Made by a program: the position numbers and the translations under genes. From NCBI GenBank assembly GCA_011620695.1, contig WOYT01000100.1:1-58484 (forward strand): DNA of 58,484 nt. The letters are read 5' to 3'. Below are positions 28,728 to 39,421 of this stretch, piece after piece; position 1 is the stretch's first letter; the number at the start of each line of letters is the position of its first letter. The notes under the pieces are model-generated. The model made no database searches. It was not told the DNA's origin and saw only the letters and a list, made by a program, of their open reading frames with translations. Source of the stretch: Proteiniphilum sp. Its GTDB lineage: Bacteria > Bacteroidota > Bacteroidia > Bacteroidales > Dysgonomonadaceae.

Positions 28728-29606
28728 TTACCTGGTTTCGATCAGCCGAAGGAGGTACTGCCCATACTGGTTCTTTTTCATCGGCTCAGCGATTCGTTTC
28801 AGATCCTCGTCACTGATCCAACCGTTGTTCCAGGCAATCTCCTCCAGACAGGCAATCTTCAGTCCCTGTCGTTTTTCCAGTACCTCTATAAAGGTTGAGG
28901 CCTCCGCGAGGGAGTCGTGTGTCCCGGTATCGAGCCAGGCAAACCCTCGTCCAAAGCGTTGCAGCTGCAGGGTCCCTCTCTCCAGGTATGCCTGGTTTAC
29001 CGAGGTAATCTCCAGCTCACCACGTGCGGAAGGTTTGACAGCTGCTGCGATCTCAACTACACTGTTGGGATAGAAATAGAGACCGGTGACCGCCCAGTTT
29101 GATTTGGGTTGAACCGGTTTCTCCTCGATACCCAGCACTTCGCCACGGTCGTTGAAGTGTGCCACTCCATATTGCTCTGGGTGCTGCACATAATAACCGA
29201 ACACGGTTGCCTGATCTCTCAGCGCTGCATCCTCGGCTGCTTTGCTCAGCATGGATGGGAACCCGTGACCGTAAAAGATGTTGTCCCCCAACACCAGGCA
29301 GACGGCATCATCCGCGATGAAGGAGCGACCAATCAGGAACGACTGGGCCAGACCATCGGGAGAGGGCTGCTCGGCATAGGTGAAGGAGAGGCCGTAATCG
29401 GATCCATCACCCAGCAGCCGGCGGAACCCGGGCAGGTCGGCCGGAGTGGAGATGATCAATATCTCCCTGATGCCGGCAAGCATCAATGCCGAGATGGGAT
29501 AGTAAACCATCGGCTTGTCGAAGACAGGTAACAGTTGCTTGGAGACTCCTTTGGTGATGGGATAGAGTCGTGTGCCGGAACCTCCGGCCAATACAATGCC
29601 TTTCAT
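28728..29606 (-). CDS. rfbA: Glucose-1-phosphate thymidylyltransferase
   Basis: Motifs [41 protein letters not shown] and WLDTGT; start at 29606. Confidence 0.96.
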   Translation of the reverse strand: MKGIVLAGGSGTRLYPITKGVSKQLLPVFDKPMVYYPISALMLAGIREILIISTPADLPGFRRLLGDGSDYGLSFTYAEQPSPDGLAQSFLIGRSFIADDAVCLVLGDNIFYGHGFPSMLSKAAEDAALRDQATVFGYYVQHPEQYGVAHFNDRGEVLGIEEKPVQPKSNWAVTGLYFYPNSVVEIAAAVKPSARGELEITSVNQAYLERGTLQLQRFGRGFAWLDTGTHDSLAEASTFIEVLEKRQGLKIACLEEIAWNNGWISDEDLKRIAEPMKKNQYGQYLLRLIETR

Positions 29607-29671
29607 AATCTCTCTCTTGTCACTATTCTTGATTCTTGCCGTAAAGGTAATCAAAAGATGAACAACCCCCT

Positions 29672-30352
29672 CTATCTCCGACCCGTCAAATCGGGACGCA
29701 GGCGATGCGTACGTTCGGCCGACTGCTCCAGGCGCCACTCCTGTATCTTCCGTTCATGCCCCGAGAGCAGCACATCGGGGACCCTCCATCCCTTATATTC
29801 AGCGGGACGCGTATAAACAGGCGGTGCCAGCAACCCATCCTGAAACGAATCAGAGAGAGCCGACTGCTCATCGCCGATCACACCGGGGATCAGACGCACC
29901 ACTGCATCTGCGATCATGGCGGCAGCCAGCTCACCACCTGTCAGCACAAAGTCGCCGATCGATATCTCGCGGGTGATGAGATGCTCTCTCACCCGGTAAT
30001 CAACCCCCTTGTAATGCCCACAGAGAATGATGATGTTCTGCATCAGCGACAGCTCATTGGCAATCGGTTGGGTGAACTGCTCCCCATCGGGGGTGGTGAA
30101 GATCACCTCATCATAATCACGTTCTGCTTTCAGGTGGGAGATAGCCCGGTCAATCGGTTCGATCTGCAGTACCATTCCCGCTTCACCCCCATAGGGATAA
30201 TCATCCACCCTGCGGTGCTTGTCGAGCGAATAGTCACGCAGATTGTGCAGCCCGAACTGAGCCAGACCCTTCTCCTGGGCTCTCTTCAGGATACTGGTAT
30301 GAAGCGCACCCTCAATCATCTCGGGTAAAACAGTGATAATGTCAATTCTCAT
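29672..30352 (-). CDS. trmD: tRNA (guanine-N1)-methyltransferase
   Basis: Motifs [41 protein letters not shown] and VLLSG.H; start at 30352. Confidence 0.96.
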   Translation of the reverse strand: MRIDIITVLPEMIEGALHTSILKRAQEKGLAQFGLHNLRDYSLDKHRRVDDYPYGGEAGMVLQIEPIDRAISHLKAERDYDEVIFTTPDGEQFTQPIANELSLMQNIIILCGHYKGVDYRVREHLITREISIGDFVLTGGELAAAMIADAVVRLIPGVIGDEQSALSDSFQDGLLAPPVYTRPAEYKGWRVPDVLLSGHERKIQEWRLEQSAERTHRLRPDLTGRR

Positions 30353-30445
30353 GCTTCGTGCAGAATAGAAAACTGCTCTCCTCCCCCAGGAAATAGGGGG
30401 AGGTACAACAGCCCTCAAATATAGCATTTTTATTTCATCCGGCAA

Positions 30446-32905
30446 TCACTGTCCTGTAACCGTACCGGAACTTTCACCCTGCGTGGTGCCACTCCCCCCG
30501 TCCATCACATCATCATTCACGATTCTCCGCTGCACACGTTTCATCGATGACTTCAGCTCTCCAAATCGATAGGTAACACTCAGACGAAGGTTACGCATCG
30601 GTTGATAGTTGATGCTCTCCTGGCGGAAACCGGGACCGGTAGTGGTTCTGGTCATCTTCTGCGACTTTGTGAGAAAGTTCTGAATATTGAGTGAGAGATC
30701 CAGTTTCTTGTTCAGCATGCTCTTCATCACACTGAAAGAGTAGAAGTAGTAGGGGGATTGATCGGTCTGCAGTTGCACCTGATTCAGGAATAGTCCGCCA
30801 TTGGCACCCAGCCTCACATCCCTGGGCAGGGTCCAGGTGAGTCCCCCGAAAGCCCGACCGGAGAATCCACTGTTTCGAAGCTGATCATTTTCTGTGCTCT
30901 GGATATCAGTGTAGCTGACCCCGCCATTCAGATAAGTGCGGATCATCTGTGTGGGCATCCAGCTCATATAAAGATTGGTTCCCAGCATCTGGTTGCGCCC
31001 GATGTTGTCGTAGGTGCTATGTGTCACCCCATCTTGTATGAAGCTGTAACGCGTTACGGCGTTACGGGTAAAAGCGTAGCTGAGGGTTGCGTTGAAGTTG
31101 AGTTTCTGAGAGAAAGAGCCATAATTGATGTTGAAATTGTGTTGCTGCTCACCATCCAGTTCAGGATTGCCATAACTGATGTTGCTGGGATCCAAATCGT
31201 TGATGTAGGGGTTGAGGTACCAGATACCGGGACGGGAGATACGCATGTTGTACCCGCCTCGCAGGGTCTGTGTCATCCCCAACTGGTATGAAAGGGTGAA
31301 TGAGGGTACCAGGTCGAAAAATGAGGTGTGTACAACAGTATCCAGGACGCTGCTCATGTAGTGAATCTCCTGATTGGTATGTTCCCCTCGCAATCCCACC
31401 TTCACTCCCATTTTTCCTGCTTTATAAGTGTATCCGGCATATCCCGATGTGATGCGTTGCAGGTGATCGAGGTCATTGAGCCGGTTGCTGTCTGGCTGCC
31501 AGTTCCCATCGCCCGGATCCACAAGATGATTCCCGCGGCTACTGTTGTCGCGGAAGATATACTTCATGCCCGCTTCAATGTTGTGCTTGCCATTCAGCGG
31601 GTTCACGTAGTCCACCTGCCCGGTATGCTCATCCCCTCCGGCCTTGTTCTTGCTTCTGAGCCGATAGCCGTCGGTATAATTGTAGAACTCACCCTCCACA
31701 TCGTTATATTCATTGTCATATTCACTGTCATTGGGATCATGTTCGAAACGGTAGGAAAAAGTCAACAGCTCCCCTTTTCGCTTGAAATTGTGCTGATAGT
31801 CCGCCGCGAGGTTCATCCCTCCAAATTGAGAGGTGCTGCTACTCTGTGAGTTATAGCTATAGGGACGGCTACCCTCCGATAGAGCCTCCAGCGAGGAGCG
31901 GGAGTTGAACTTACCGATAAAGCGGGAGAGAGAGAGGTTGAAAAGATTCGCCGTATCGGGCTCGTAACTGAGTGCCCCATTCAGAAAATAACCGTTGCCG
32001 TCACTCTCACTGCTGCTTTTCTGCATCAGCATGTTTTGAGGATTGAACTCCTCACGGGTGAACTCCGACGCTGAAACCGGTTGGGCATGGTGAAAATAGG
32101 AGGCGTTGCCGGTGAAACCCAGCTTACCATATCTGGTGGCCAGATAGGCATTGCCACCATAGCCGCCAAAGGTATCGGCGTTGGCTCCCACAGACCCGCT
32201 GTAACCGTCGTCCACACGCTTGTCGGTGATGATGTTGATGATGCCGCCAACCCCCTCAGCATCATACCTGGCACCGGGATCGGTGATCACCTCCACATCC
32301 TTGATGCTGCTGGCAGGCATGCTCTTGAGCACCTGTGCAGGGTTGGATGAGATCATGTTGGAGGGTTTACCGTTGATGTAGATCTTGTAGTTAGAGGAGC
32401 CTTTCAGCTGTATGTTCTCCTCTCCGTCGATGGTGACCAGCGGTACCTTACGCAACAGATCCAGTACGCTGGAGGTGGAGGCCTCGGGATCATCCTTGGC
32501 GCTATAGGTGAGCTTGTCAATCTCCACTTTCACCAGCGGCGCCTGGGCTGTCACACTCAGCTCATCCAGCAACCTGCTGCTCTCACTCATGGTGATCACC
32601 CCCATGTCGTACAGCTCCTGAGAGGCTGTGATCTCTGCCCTTTTCACGGTTTCAGCCATGCCTACAAAATAAAAGGTGAAGAGATAGTTGCCCGGCGCCA
32701 GACTGGTCTCAAAAGTGCCGGTCTCATCGGTAGCCAACTTACGAATCACCTTCTCGGGTGCCTCCTCCATGGCCACAGAAATGGTGGCATAGGGGAGTGC
32801 CTCCTTGTCCGTCTCAGCCACCAGTCTGCCTTTGACGGTAACAGTGCCGGCAAGTGAGATCGCTGCAAGGAGATGGAACAGGATGAGCAAATAGGTTGGT
32901 TGCAT
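30446..32905 (-). CDS. Outer-membrane beta-barrel / TonB-dependent receptor family protein with N-terminal CarboxypepD_reg-like domain
   Basis: Signal peptide and motifs LPYATI, LDELSVTA, LRKVPLV, IYINGKPS, EVITDPGARYDAEG.GGIINII, RISRP...LNP, GNPEL and TYRFG. Confidence 0.85.
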   Translation of the reverse strand: MQPTYLLILFHLLAAISLAGTVTVKGRLVAETDKEALPYATISVAMEEAPEKVIRKLATDETGTFETSLAPGNYLFTFYFVGMAETVKRAEITASQELYDMGVITMSESSRLLDELSVTAQAPLVKVEIDKLTYSAKDDPEASTSSVLDLLRKVPLVTIDGEENIQLKGSSNYKIYINGKPSNMISSNPAQVLKSMPASSIKDVEVITDPGARYDAEGVGGIINIITDKRVDDGYSGSVGANADTFGGYGGNAYLATRYGKLGFTGNASYFHHAQPVSASEFTREEFNPQNMLMQKSSSESDGNGYFLNGALSYEPDTANLFNLSLSRFIGKFNSRSSLEALSEGSRPYSYNSQSSSTSQFGGMNLAADYQHNFKRKGELLTFSYRFEHDPNDSEYDNEYNDVEGEFYNYTDGYRLRSKNKAGGDEHTGQVDYVNPLNGKHNIEAGMKYIFRDNSSRGNHLVDPGDGNWQPDSNRLNDLDHLQRITSGYAGYTYKAGKMGVKVGLRGEHTNQEIHYMSSVLDTVVHTSFFDLVPSFTLSYQLGMTQTLRGGYNMRISRPGIWYLNPYINDLDPSNISYGNPELDGEQQHNFNINYGSFSQKLNFNATLSYAFTRNAVTRYSFIQDGVTHSTYDNIGRNQMLGTNLYMSWMPTQMIRTYLNGGVSYTDIQSTENDQLRNSGFSGRAFGGLTWTLPRDVRLGANGGLFLNQVQLQTDQSPYYFYSFSVMKSMLNKKLDLSLNIQNFLTKSQKMTRTTTGPGFRQESINYQPMRNLRLSVTYRFGELKSSMKRVQRRIVNDDVMDGGSGTTQGESSGTVTGQ

Positions 32906-33040
32906 TGAAAATTGATTTTTGTTTACTGACTCGAAGCGTTAAAAGTACATATTAAATCGTAAACAGGCATCCCGGGGAGGTAGAGCCTTACGAATAATTA
33001 GTAAAGTAAATCACATTTTTTCACTATTTTTGCAAAAAAC

Positions 33041-33370
33041 ATGCGACCAATGACAATAATCCCTGTTTTCCTCTCAATTCTGGGTGGTATCGCAGTCGGC
33101 TACCTGCTACGCCAAAAGAAGATTGTAAAAAAAACCGGTATGATGCTTAGCATGGTGATCATGCTGCTGCTCTTCTTTCTGGGAATCACTGTGGGCAGTA
33201 ACCAGCAGGTGGTGAACCGTTTTGCTACGATCGGTATGGATGCATTCTTGCTAACCCTGGGTGGCACGCTGGGTAGTCTCATGGCGGCCCGCTGGTTGTA
33301 CAAGAGGCTGTTTCAACATCATGACAATGATTCTCTGCAACCTGGAAAAGATAACGGAAGAAAGAGATGA
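33041..33370 (+). CDS. LysO/DUF340-family small membrane protein (N-terminal partner)
   Basis: Motifs GIAVGYLLR, LLLFFLGI.VG.N and GSL; overlaps the start of the next gene; TATTTTTG promoter at 33025-33032. Confidence 0.75.
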   Translation: MRPMTIIPVFLSILGGIAVGYLLRQKKIVKKTGMMLSMVIMLLLFFLGITVGSNQQVVNRFATIGMDAFLLTLGGTLGSLMAARWLYKRLFQHHDNDSLQPGKDNGRKR

Positions 33371-33969
33371 AACAAACCCTCGCCTATCTGCTTCTTTTTG
33401 TTGCAGGAGTGACCCTGGCAATCACGGGAGTGTTGCCGGAGCTCCTTCAGGATGAACGTATCTCAAGGGGTATTCTTTACCTGTTGCTTTTTCTGGTGGG
33501 GATACAAATTGGCTCAGGCAGGAACATGTTCAGGGTCCTGGGACGCTATGGTGCAAAAATAATGCTGCTGCCGGTTGCAACCACCCTCGGCACTTTCGCC
33601 GGTGTCTCACTCATCAGCCTGTTGCTCCCGGGCCGGAGCCTGACCGATTGTCTGAGCGTGGGTGCCGGATTTGCCTATTACTCGCTCTCGAGCATCCTGA
33701 TCACCGGCTTCAGGGGTGCTGAGCTGGGGACGTTGGCGCTGCTGGCGAACATTATGCGTGAGTTCAGTGTTCTTATCCTTGCACCCTGGATGGTCCGTTA
33801 TTTTGGCCCCCTCGCACCCATCTCAGCAGGAGGCGCCACCACGATGGATACCACCCTGCCGATTATCACCCGTTACGCGGGTCAGGAGTATGTGGTGGTG
33901 GCATTATTCCATGGGATGGTGATTGATTTCACGGTTCCACTATGGGTCTCCCTTTTCCTCAGTCTCTAA
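33367..33969 (+). CDS. LysO-family lysine exporter
   Basis: Motifs LFLVGI.IG, GFAYYSLSSI, LANIMRE, GGATTMDTTLP and HG. Confidence 0.85.
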   Translation: MKQTLAYLLLFVAGVTLAITGVLPELLQDERISRGILYLLLFLVGIQIGSGRNMFRVLGRYGAKIMLLPVATTLGTFAGVSLISLLLPGRSLTDCLSVGAGFAYYSLSSILITGFRGAELGTLALLANIMREFSVLILAPWMVRYFGPLAPISAGGATTMDTTLPIITRYAGQEYVVVALFHGMVIDFTVPLWVSLFLSL

Positions 33970-33990
33970 TTTTTCTCAACGATCAGGTTT

Positions 33991-35124
33991 ATGCGTGCAT
34001 TGATCAACGCCCTCATCATTCATCTTACCCTCAACGTGTTGGTATTCTTCAAGGGATGGCATGCTTTTGAAGGAAGAAAGAGGGCACGACTGATACTTGC
34101 AGTTATATTTGCCAGCGAGTTGCTGATTTACGTGACTGGATTCTTTTTCTACCGTTATCTGCCCGAGCCGTTGGTGCAACATATCCGGGTGATGGGCACC
34201 AGCTGGATGCTCTTCCTCCTTTACAGCGGCGGACTCTGGCTGATCATCGACCTGATCACACTGGTTGTGCTGGGTCAGCTGCGTCGTCCTTTCTATTTCC
34301 TGCGTCACTCCCCACCAAAAAGAAGAATCCTCCTTTTCATCCTGCCGGTGATACTGGTTGCGGGTATCATGGCGCATGGGAGGTACCGCTTTATGCACCC
34401 GGTGGTGCAGCAGGTTCCCATCAGGGTGCAGAAGCAAGCTGGCAATCAGGACTCACTACGCATAGCCGTGGTTGGCGATCTGCACCTGGGATGGATGATT
34501 GACCGCAGCCACACACGCCGTTTTGTGGATCTGATCATGGCGCAACAGGCCGATATGATCCTTTTCGTGGGTGACATCTTCGACTCACAGATCGAACCGG
34601 TATTGCGGCAGGGGATGGATCAGGAGCTCCGTCGCCTCTCCGCACCACTTGGTGTATATACCTGTACAGGCAACCACGAGTACCGTCACGATAGTGAGGA
34701 TAAGATTGCCCTGCTGAACGAAGCAGGTATCACCGTATTGCGTGACAGGGCGTTGCTGATCGACAGTGCTTTCTATGTGGTGGGACGGGAAGACAGGGTG
34801 ATCACTCACCGGAAAACAACAGAACAGATCCTCCAGGATGAGGAGGTGGATCGCTCAAGACCGGTGATCCTGCTGAACCACACACCCGATAACCTGGCTG
34901 AGGAGGCCAATGCGGGTGTCGATATTGCGCTCTTCGGACATACACACCATGGGCAGGCATTCCCGGGCAATCTCCTCACCGACTGGGTCTTCGAAGTGGC
35001 ACACGGGTACAAGAAAAAAGGTGACACACACATCTATGTTACCTCCGGCATCGGGCTGGTAGGACCTCAATATCGGATCGGCACCCAATCGGAAATAGCG
35101 CTGCTAAGTGTGACTTTTGAGTGA
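33991..35124 (+). CDS. Membrane-anchored metallophosphoesterase (YkuE-like)
   Basis: N-terminal TM helices and motifs DLHLG, GDIFD, GNHE, NHTP, GHTHHGQ, TSGIG and RIGT.SEI. Confidence 0.9.
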   Translation: MRALINALIIHLTLNVLVFFKGWHAFEGRKRARLILAVIFASELLIYVTGFFFYRYLPEPLVQHIRVMGTSWMLFLLYSGGLWLIIDLITLVVLGQLRRPFYFLRHSPPKRRILLFILPVILVAGIMAHGRYRFMHPVVQQVPIRVQKQAGNQDSLRIAVVGDLHLGWMIDRSHTRRFVDLIMAQQADMILFVGDIFDSQIEPVLRQGMDQELRRLSAPLGVYTCTGNHEYRHDSEDKIALLNEAGITVLRDRALLIDSAFYVVGREDRVITHRKTTEQILQDEEVDRSRPVILLNHTPDNLAEEANAGVDIALFGHTHHGQAFPGNLLTDWVFEVAHGYKKKGDTHIYVTSGIGLVGPQYRIGTQSEIALLSVTFE

Positions 35125-35128
35125 ACAC

Positions 35129-36433
35129 TTACAGATAGTCGATTGCTTTCTCCAGGTGCAGCGAGTGGGATCCTTTGAGGAGGATATAATGTTCACGCAC
35201 CGGCTCCCTGCATAGCTCACCGATGAGCTCATCCACATCGGTGAAGCATAGAAACGCGTCAGACGGGACAACCCACTTCCGAAAAGCTTCTCCCACCAGG
35301 TACACCCGGTCGAATGCCAGCTCTCTCAGGTAGTGCACCAGCTTCTTATGCTCCTCATCACGCACCTCACCCAGCTCTTTCATCTCACCCAGGATCACCA
35401 TCCTGGGCAGGGAGGTGGGTATCGAAGCGAAGAATTCCACCGAGGCATGCATGCTGGTTGGGTTGGCGTTGTAGGCGTCAATAATCAGGTCGTTTTGCTC
35501 CGTGCGTCTGAACTGTGACCGATGGTTACTGGGTTCATATGTCTCCAGGGCGTTGCTGATGCTCTCGCCATCGATGCCAAAAAAACTGCAGACGGCCACA
35601 GCAGCAATTGCATTGTCGAAATTGTACGCACCCACCAGGCGGGTACGGACCCGGTAGGAGCGGTCGGAGCGGTGCCAGTCGAACGCCATGAAAGGGGTGG
35701 CATCGCCGAGGGTGCCGGAGGCAAACAGCGAGGGGTCGTCCCTGCCATAAAGGATCCGGTCCATGCCCTCGGAGAGATCATAGAGGATCTTATTCTCCCT
35801 GTTCACAAACACTTTGCCCCCGTGTGCACGGATGTAATCATACAATTCCCCCTTGGTGGCAACGAGCTTCCCGAAGGTGCCGAAACCCTCCAGGTGGGCT
35901 TGCCCCACGTTGGTGATCAGCCCGTAGTCGGGCTCAGCAATCTCGCACAACTGGCGAATATCACCCGGGTGATTGGCCCCCATCTCCACCACCGCGATCT
36001 CATGCGATTGGTTCATGGAGAGCAGGGTGAGCGGTACACCGATATGGTTGTTGAAGTTTCCCTGAGTGTAGGCCACCTTGAACTTGCGGGCAAGTCCCAC
36101 GGCAATAAGCTCCTTTGTGGTGGTCTTACCGTTGGTACCGGTAATACCAATCACCGGTATCTTCAGTTTCCGGCGATGGCAGGTTGCCAGCTGCTGAAGC
36201 GATTGAAGCACGTCATCCACCCGGATGATCCGCTCATCAGCTGCCACCCCTTCGGGCCACTCATCCACTACGGCATAGGCACAACCCGCTTCCAGGGCTT
36301 TTTCGGCATACTGATTGCCATTAAAACGCGCCCCTTTGAGGGCAAAGAAGATGGAGTCCTTCTCACACATCCGGGAGTCGGTGGTCACCAACGGATATTG
36401 GAGGAACAACGAATAGAGTTCAGCTATCTGCAT
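35129..36433 (-). CDS. murF: UDP-MurNAc-tripeptide--D-Ala-D-Ala ligase
   Basis: Motifs TDSR, FALKG, ITGTNGKTTTKE, GNFNNHIGVPLT, EMGANH, DAYNANP and LKGS; start MQIAE at 36433. Confidence 0.95.
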   Translation of the reverse strand: MQIAELYSLFLQYPLVTTDSRMCEKDSIFFALKGARFNGNQYAEKALEAGCAYAVVDEWPEGVAADERIIRVDDVLQSLQQLATCHRRKLKIPVIGITGTNGKTTTKELIAVGLARKFKVAYTQGNFNNHIGVPLTLLSMNQSHEIAVVEMGANHPGDIRQLCEIAEPDYGLITNVGQAHLEGFGTFGKLVATKGELYDYIRAHGGKVFVNRENKILYDLSEGMDRILYGRDDPSLFASGTLGDATPFMAFDWHRSDRSYRVRTRLVGAYNFDNAIAAVAVCSFFGIDGESISNALETYEPSNHRSQFRRTEQNDLIIDAYNANPTSMHASVEFFASIPTSLPRMVILGEMKELGEVRDEEHKKLVHYLRELAFDRVYLVGEAFRKWVVPSDAFLCFTDVDELIGELCREPVREHYILLKGSHSLHLEKAIDYL

Positions 36434-36458
36434 AGATGGTGAAAGTAGATCCGTTTCC

Positions 36459-37628
36459 TCAGAAGCCCAGTTTCCGGGCGATTGCCTTCGGGAGTGCATC
36501 CTTGTGCAGCACGATGCTCAGGGTCTTGTAACTGACGAATGGGTATGATGCGTACCAGTGCCCCTTGTAGGGTCCTGTCTCACCCCATGAGTTCTTCACC
36601 ATGAAGAATTTGTTTCCATTTTGATCCTGGGCAATCCCGTAGATCTGCATGCCATGGTCATCGGTGGTCTCATAGTTATCGAACGACTGTTGCCGCATCT
36701 CCTGCGTGATCTCTTTCTCAGTCAACAGCTGCTTACCGATGCGTGTCCTGATCTCGGCATCCCGTTCGCGGCTGCTGAGATCGAGCCATTTGGCCTGGTC
36801 ACTGCCGGCATTCCCGGGAGCATCCTCATCGGGTATGATGGCAATGCCATTGCGGGAGAAACCTGCTTCACTCACATCAGAAGCCCAGGCAATCGTGTAG
36901 CCCTCCATCACCGCATGTTCCATCACCTCCATCAGTTCACCCATGGGCAGGTTGTATGAAAGCGCCCAGCGCCAGTTGTCAGGGACTTCAATGGCAAAAG
37001 GCTGATAAAAGGGGTGATGGGTGAATGAGGTGAGTGAGATATAATCCTCCTGATTCAGTCCCAGCTCATCGGCAAAAGTATAAGGTGTGTACTCCTTTCC
37101 GTCGTAGATAAATGTTTGAGGCACTTCCCCCAGGTAACTGTCGAGGATTCCGGAGATACCTTTGTTCCAGACAGGCGAGAGGTTTTTGGCACTGATCACT
37201 CCATCCATGTAACTTTTCAGTATCCTGTCCAGCTCTCCATGGTTATGTGTCTCCGAACCGTAGTGAAGACCATTGTAAGCCTCATCAGGCATCACCCCGA
37301 AATCATCGAGGGTCTCAACCACATCTGCAAAGGATCCACCGGGAGCGAAGTTGAGGTTGCCATGCAGACGCGCATGTTTTAATGCTTTTTCCTCGTAGTT
37401 CCTTCTCACAATATACATCTCGGAGAGATCATATTCTCCTTTTCCCATACGGAGGAGCTCCGACTCAAGAAAGCCGACGCCGGAAAAACTCCAGCAGGTG
37501 CCGGTGCTCGACTGGTTCTTCACAGAGGTGACAGGGTTCTCCTTAATCACCTCAAACTGATACGCACGCTGTGCCGTCATTGCTCCTGTGCTCAGCAACA
37601 GGACCAGAAAAAAAAACAACTTTTTCAT
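36459..37628 (-). CDS. Secreted C1-family (papain/bleomycin-hydrolase-like) cysteine aminopeptidase
   Basis: Signal peptide MKKLFFFLV, Q..TGTCWSF (catalytic Cys), DDHGM (His) and KNSWG (Asn). Confidence 0.9.
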   Translation of the reverse strand: MKKLFFFLVLLLSTGAMTAQRAYQFEVIKENPVTSVKNQSSTGTCWSFSGVGFLESELLRMGKGEYDLSEMYIVRRNYEEKALKHARLHGNLNFAPGGSFADVVETLDDFGVMPDEAYNGLHYGSETHNHGELDRILKSYMDGVISAKNLSPVWNKGISGILDSYLGEVPQTFIYDGKEYTPYTFADELGLNQEDYISLTSFTHHPFYQPFAIEVPDNWRWALSYNLPMGELMEVMEHAVMEGYTIAWASDVSEAGFSRNGIAIIPDEDAPGNAGSDQAKWLDLSSRERDAEIRTRIGKQLLTEKEITQEMRQQSFDNYETTDDHGMQIYGIAQDQNGNKFFMVKNSWGETGPYKGHWYASYPFVSYKTLSIVLHKDALPKAIARKLGF

Positions 37629-37797
37629 GAATAACATTTTAAATCTGACTGGATCCACTTCTTCAAGGTAAACAGGCGGGTTGTACCTTTCCACAAAGTT
37701 AAGACAAAATAGGCTAAAAACATCCATTTTTTACACCTTTCTTCGCCTGAACAGCGCGAAAATGATGTACCTTTACCCTCTCAATAAAAGACAACAT

Positions 37798-38253
37798 ATG
37801 GACGACCTGACTCCAAAGAAGAAAAAGAGCCGCAAGGGATGGACCCTCTTTCTTGGCATCCTGATCCTTGCACTCGGGATATTTGTATATGTCCGTTACT
37901 ACTACGTGTTTGGAACAGGAGTGAAATCGGGCGAGCTGAATTATGTGGTTTACAAGGGAGTGGTTTTCAAGACCTATGAAGGGGAATTGATCCAATCGGG
38001 TTTTCGCGCCGATAAGCCGGGGGGTACCCAGTCTAACCCGTTCAACTTCTCGGTGGTTGACAAAGAGATCGCTCAGCGATTGATGGTTGCCAGTGGCAAG
38101 ATGGTTCAACTGCACTATCGCGAATATTTCGCCTCTATTCCCTGGCGGGGCTATACCAGGTTCATCGTCGATAGCATCATCTCCATCGAGGAGAAACCGC
38201 TCGACCCGGTGACAGAAAAAGATCTGACGCCTTACCTCCTCGAATCGATGTAA
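37798..38253 (+). CDS. Conserved hypothetical single-TM protein
   Basis: Basic N-terminus plus TM helix; motifs G.KSG.L, KG.VFKTYEGEL and F.FSV; start MDDL at 37798. Confidence 0.7.
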   Translation: MDDLTPKKKKSRKGWTLFLGILILALGIFVYVRYYYVFGTGVKSGELNYVVYKGVVFKTYEGELIQSGFRADKPGGTQSNPFNFSVVDKEIAQRLMVASGKMVQLHYREYFASIPWRGYTRFIVDSIISIEEKPLDPVTEKDLTPYLLESM

Positions 38254-38264
38254 CTATTTGAGGC

Positions 38265-38888
38265 ATGGCACAGAAAAAGTACTACGTGGTGTGGCAAGGG
38301 GTGAAGCCCGGGATATACGACTCATGGGAAGCCTGCAAGGCACAGGTTGCAGGGTATGATCATGCGCTGTATAAATCATTCCCATCGCTTGCCGAGGCTG
38401 AACAGGCATTCAATGACAACCCCTGGAAACACCTTGCACCGAAGGAAAAGGAGCACCGGAAGGTATCCTCCTCTCATTCATCTTTCATCAGGCAGAGCCT
38501 GGCGGTAGATGCGGCCTGCAGCGGTAACCCCGGAAGAATGGAGTATCGGGGTGTATGGGTTGAAGATGGCGTGGAGCTCTTTCGCGTAGGACCTATCGCG
38601 GAGGGGACCAACAACATTGGTGAGTTTCTGGCCATTGTGCATGCCCTTGCGCTATTGCAGAAGAGCGATAAGCCGACACCGATCTACACCGACAGTGTGA
38701 ATGCGCTCAAATGGGTGGAAAAGAAAAAGTGTAACACCAAACTGAAACAGACAGAACAGAACAAGCAGTTGTTCGAATGGATCGCCCGGGCAGAAAAGTG
38801 GCTGCGGGAAAACCATTACAGCAATCCAATCCTGAAATGGGAAACAAAACAATGGGGAGAGATACCGGCAGACTTCGGCCGTAAGTAG
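38265..38888 (+). CDS. rnhA: Ribonuclease HI with N-terminal hybrid-binding (viroplasmin-like) domain
   Basis: KYYVVWQG..PGIY.SW..C (hybrid-binding domain), VDAACSGNPG, TNNIGEFLA, YTDS and WGEIPADFGRK. Confidence 0.92.
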   Translation: MAQKKYYVVWQGVKPGIYDSWEACKAQVAGYDHALYKSFPSLAEAEQAFNDNPWKHLAPKEKEHRKVSSSHSSFIRQSLAVDAACSGNPGRMEYRGVWVEDGVELFRVGPIAEGTNNIGEFLAIVHALALLQKSDKPTPIYTDSVNALKWVEKKKCNTKLKQTEQNKQLFEWIARAEKWLRENHYSNPILKWETKQWGEIPADFGRK

Positions 38889-38898
38889 CAAACAGATC

Positions 38899-38939
38899 CG
38901 GTAGATATTGAAGAGACAATCTACTGTTCATTTTTTTTT
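38899..38939 (+). terminator. Probable terminator after rnhA
   Basis: CGGTAGAT...ATCTACTG stem followed by a T9 run. Confidence 0.5.
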
Positions 38940-39001
38940 CTCATTTATCCTAATTTACAACCAAAAAAAGTTATCTTTGTCCCGTAATTGCTTTCGGAGG
39001 A

Positions 39002-39421
39002 ATGCTTTTATCTATGAACGAAAGAGAGCGGTTCAGACTTGCAAAAAAGGAACGGATCAGCGGTGACAAAAGGATTGAATTCCTCTTCGCCAAAGGTGAT
39101 TCTTTCATGGCCTACCCATTCAGGGTGGTATGGTTGAATGAGGATGCAGCAGCTTACAACACCCTGGCATCTGTGCTGGTCACTATCCCGAAAAAGAGAT
39201 TGAAACGGGCTATAGACCGCAACCGTATGAAAAGATTGACAAGGGAAGCTTACCGGCAGCACAAGCAGCTTCTCACCGACCGGTTAAAAGGAGGTGAAAT
39301 GCATCTGGAGGTGGCATTCATCTATGTCAAAGATGAGCTGAGTGACTTTGACACGGTTGAGAAAGGGATCGTGAAAGCGATCAGGGAACTGGGAAGAATC
39401 AATCAACCAACAACAGCGTGA
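39002..39421 (+). CDS. rnpA: Ribonuclease P protein component (start may be 39014)
   Basis: Motifs L.KKERI and [24 protein letters not shown] (RNR motif); TATCTTTG promoter at 38972-38979. Confidence 0.92.
   Translation: MLLSMNERERFRLAKKERISGDKRIEFLFAKGDSFMAYPFRVVWLNEDAAAYNTLASVLVTIPKKRLKRAIDRNRMKRLTREAYRQHKQLLTDRLKGGEMHLEVAFIYVKDELSDFDTVEKGIVKAIRELGRINQPTTA

Noticed and set aside
30380-30403. CCTCCCC...GGGGAGG hairpin between the receptor gene and trmD
   Set aside because: No adjacent U-tract on the transcribed strand, so it cannot be called a terminator
37608-37616. T9 run (coding strand) in the C1 peptidase signal peptide as a phase-variation tract
   Set aside because: It is in frame and explained by Phe codons; similar runs are common in this window
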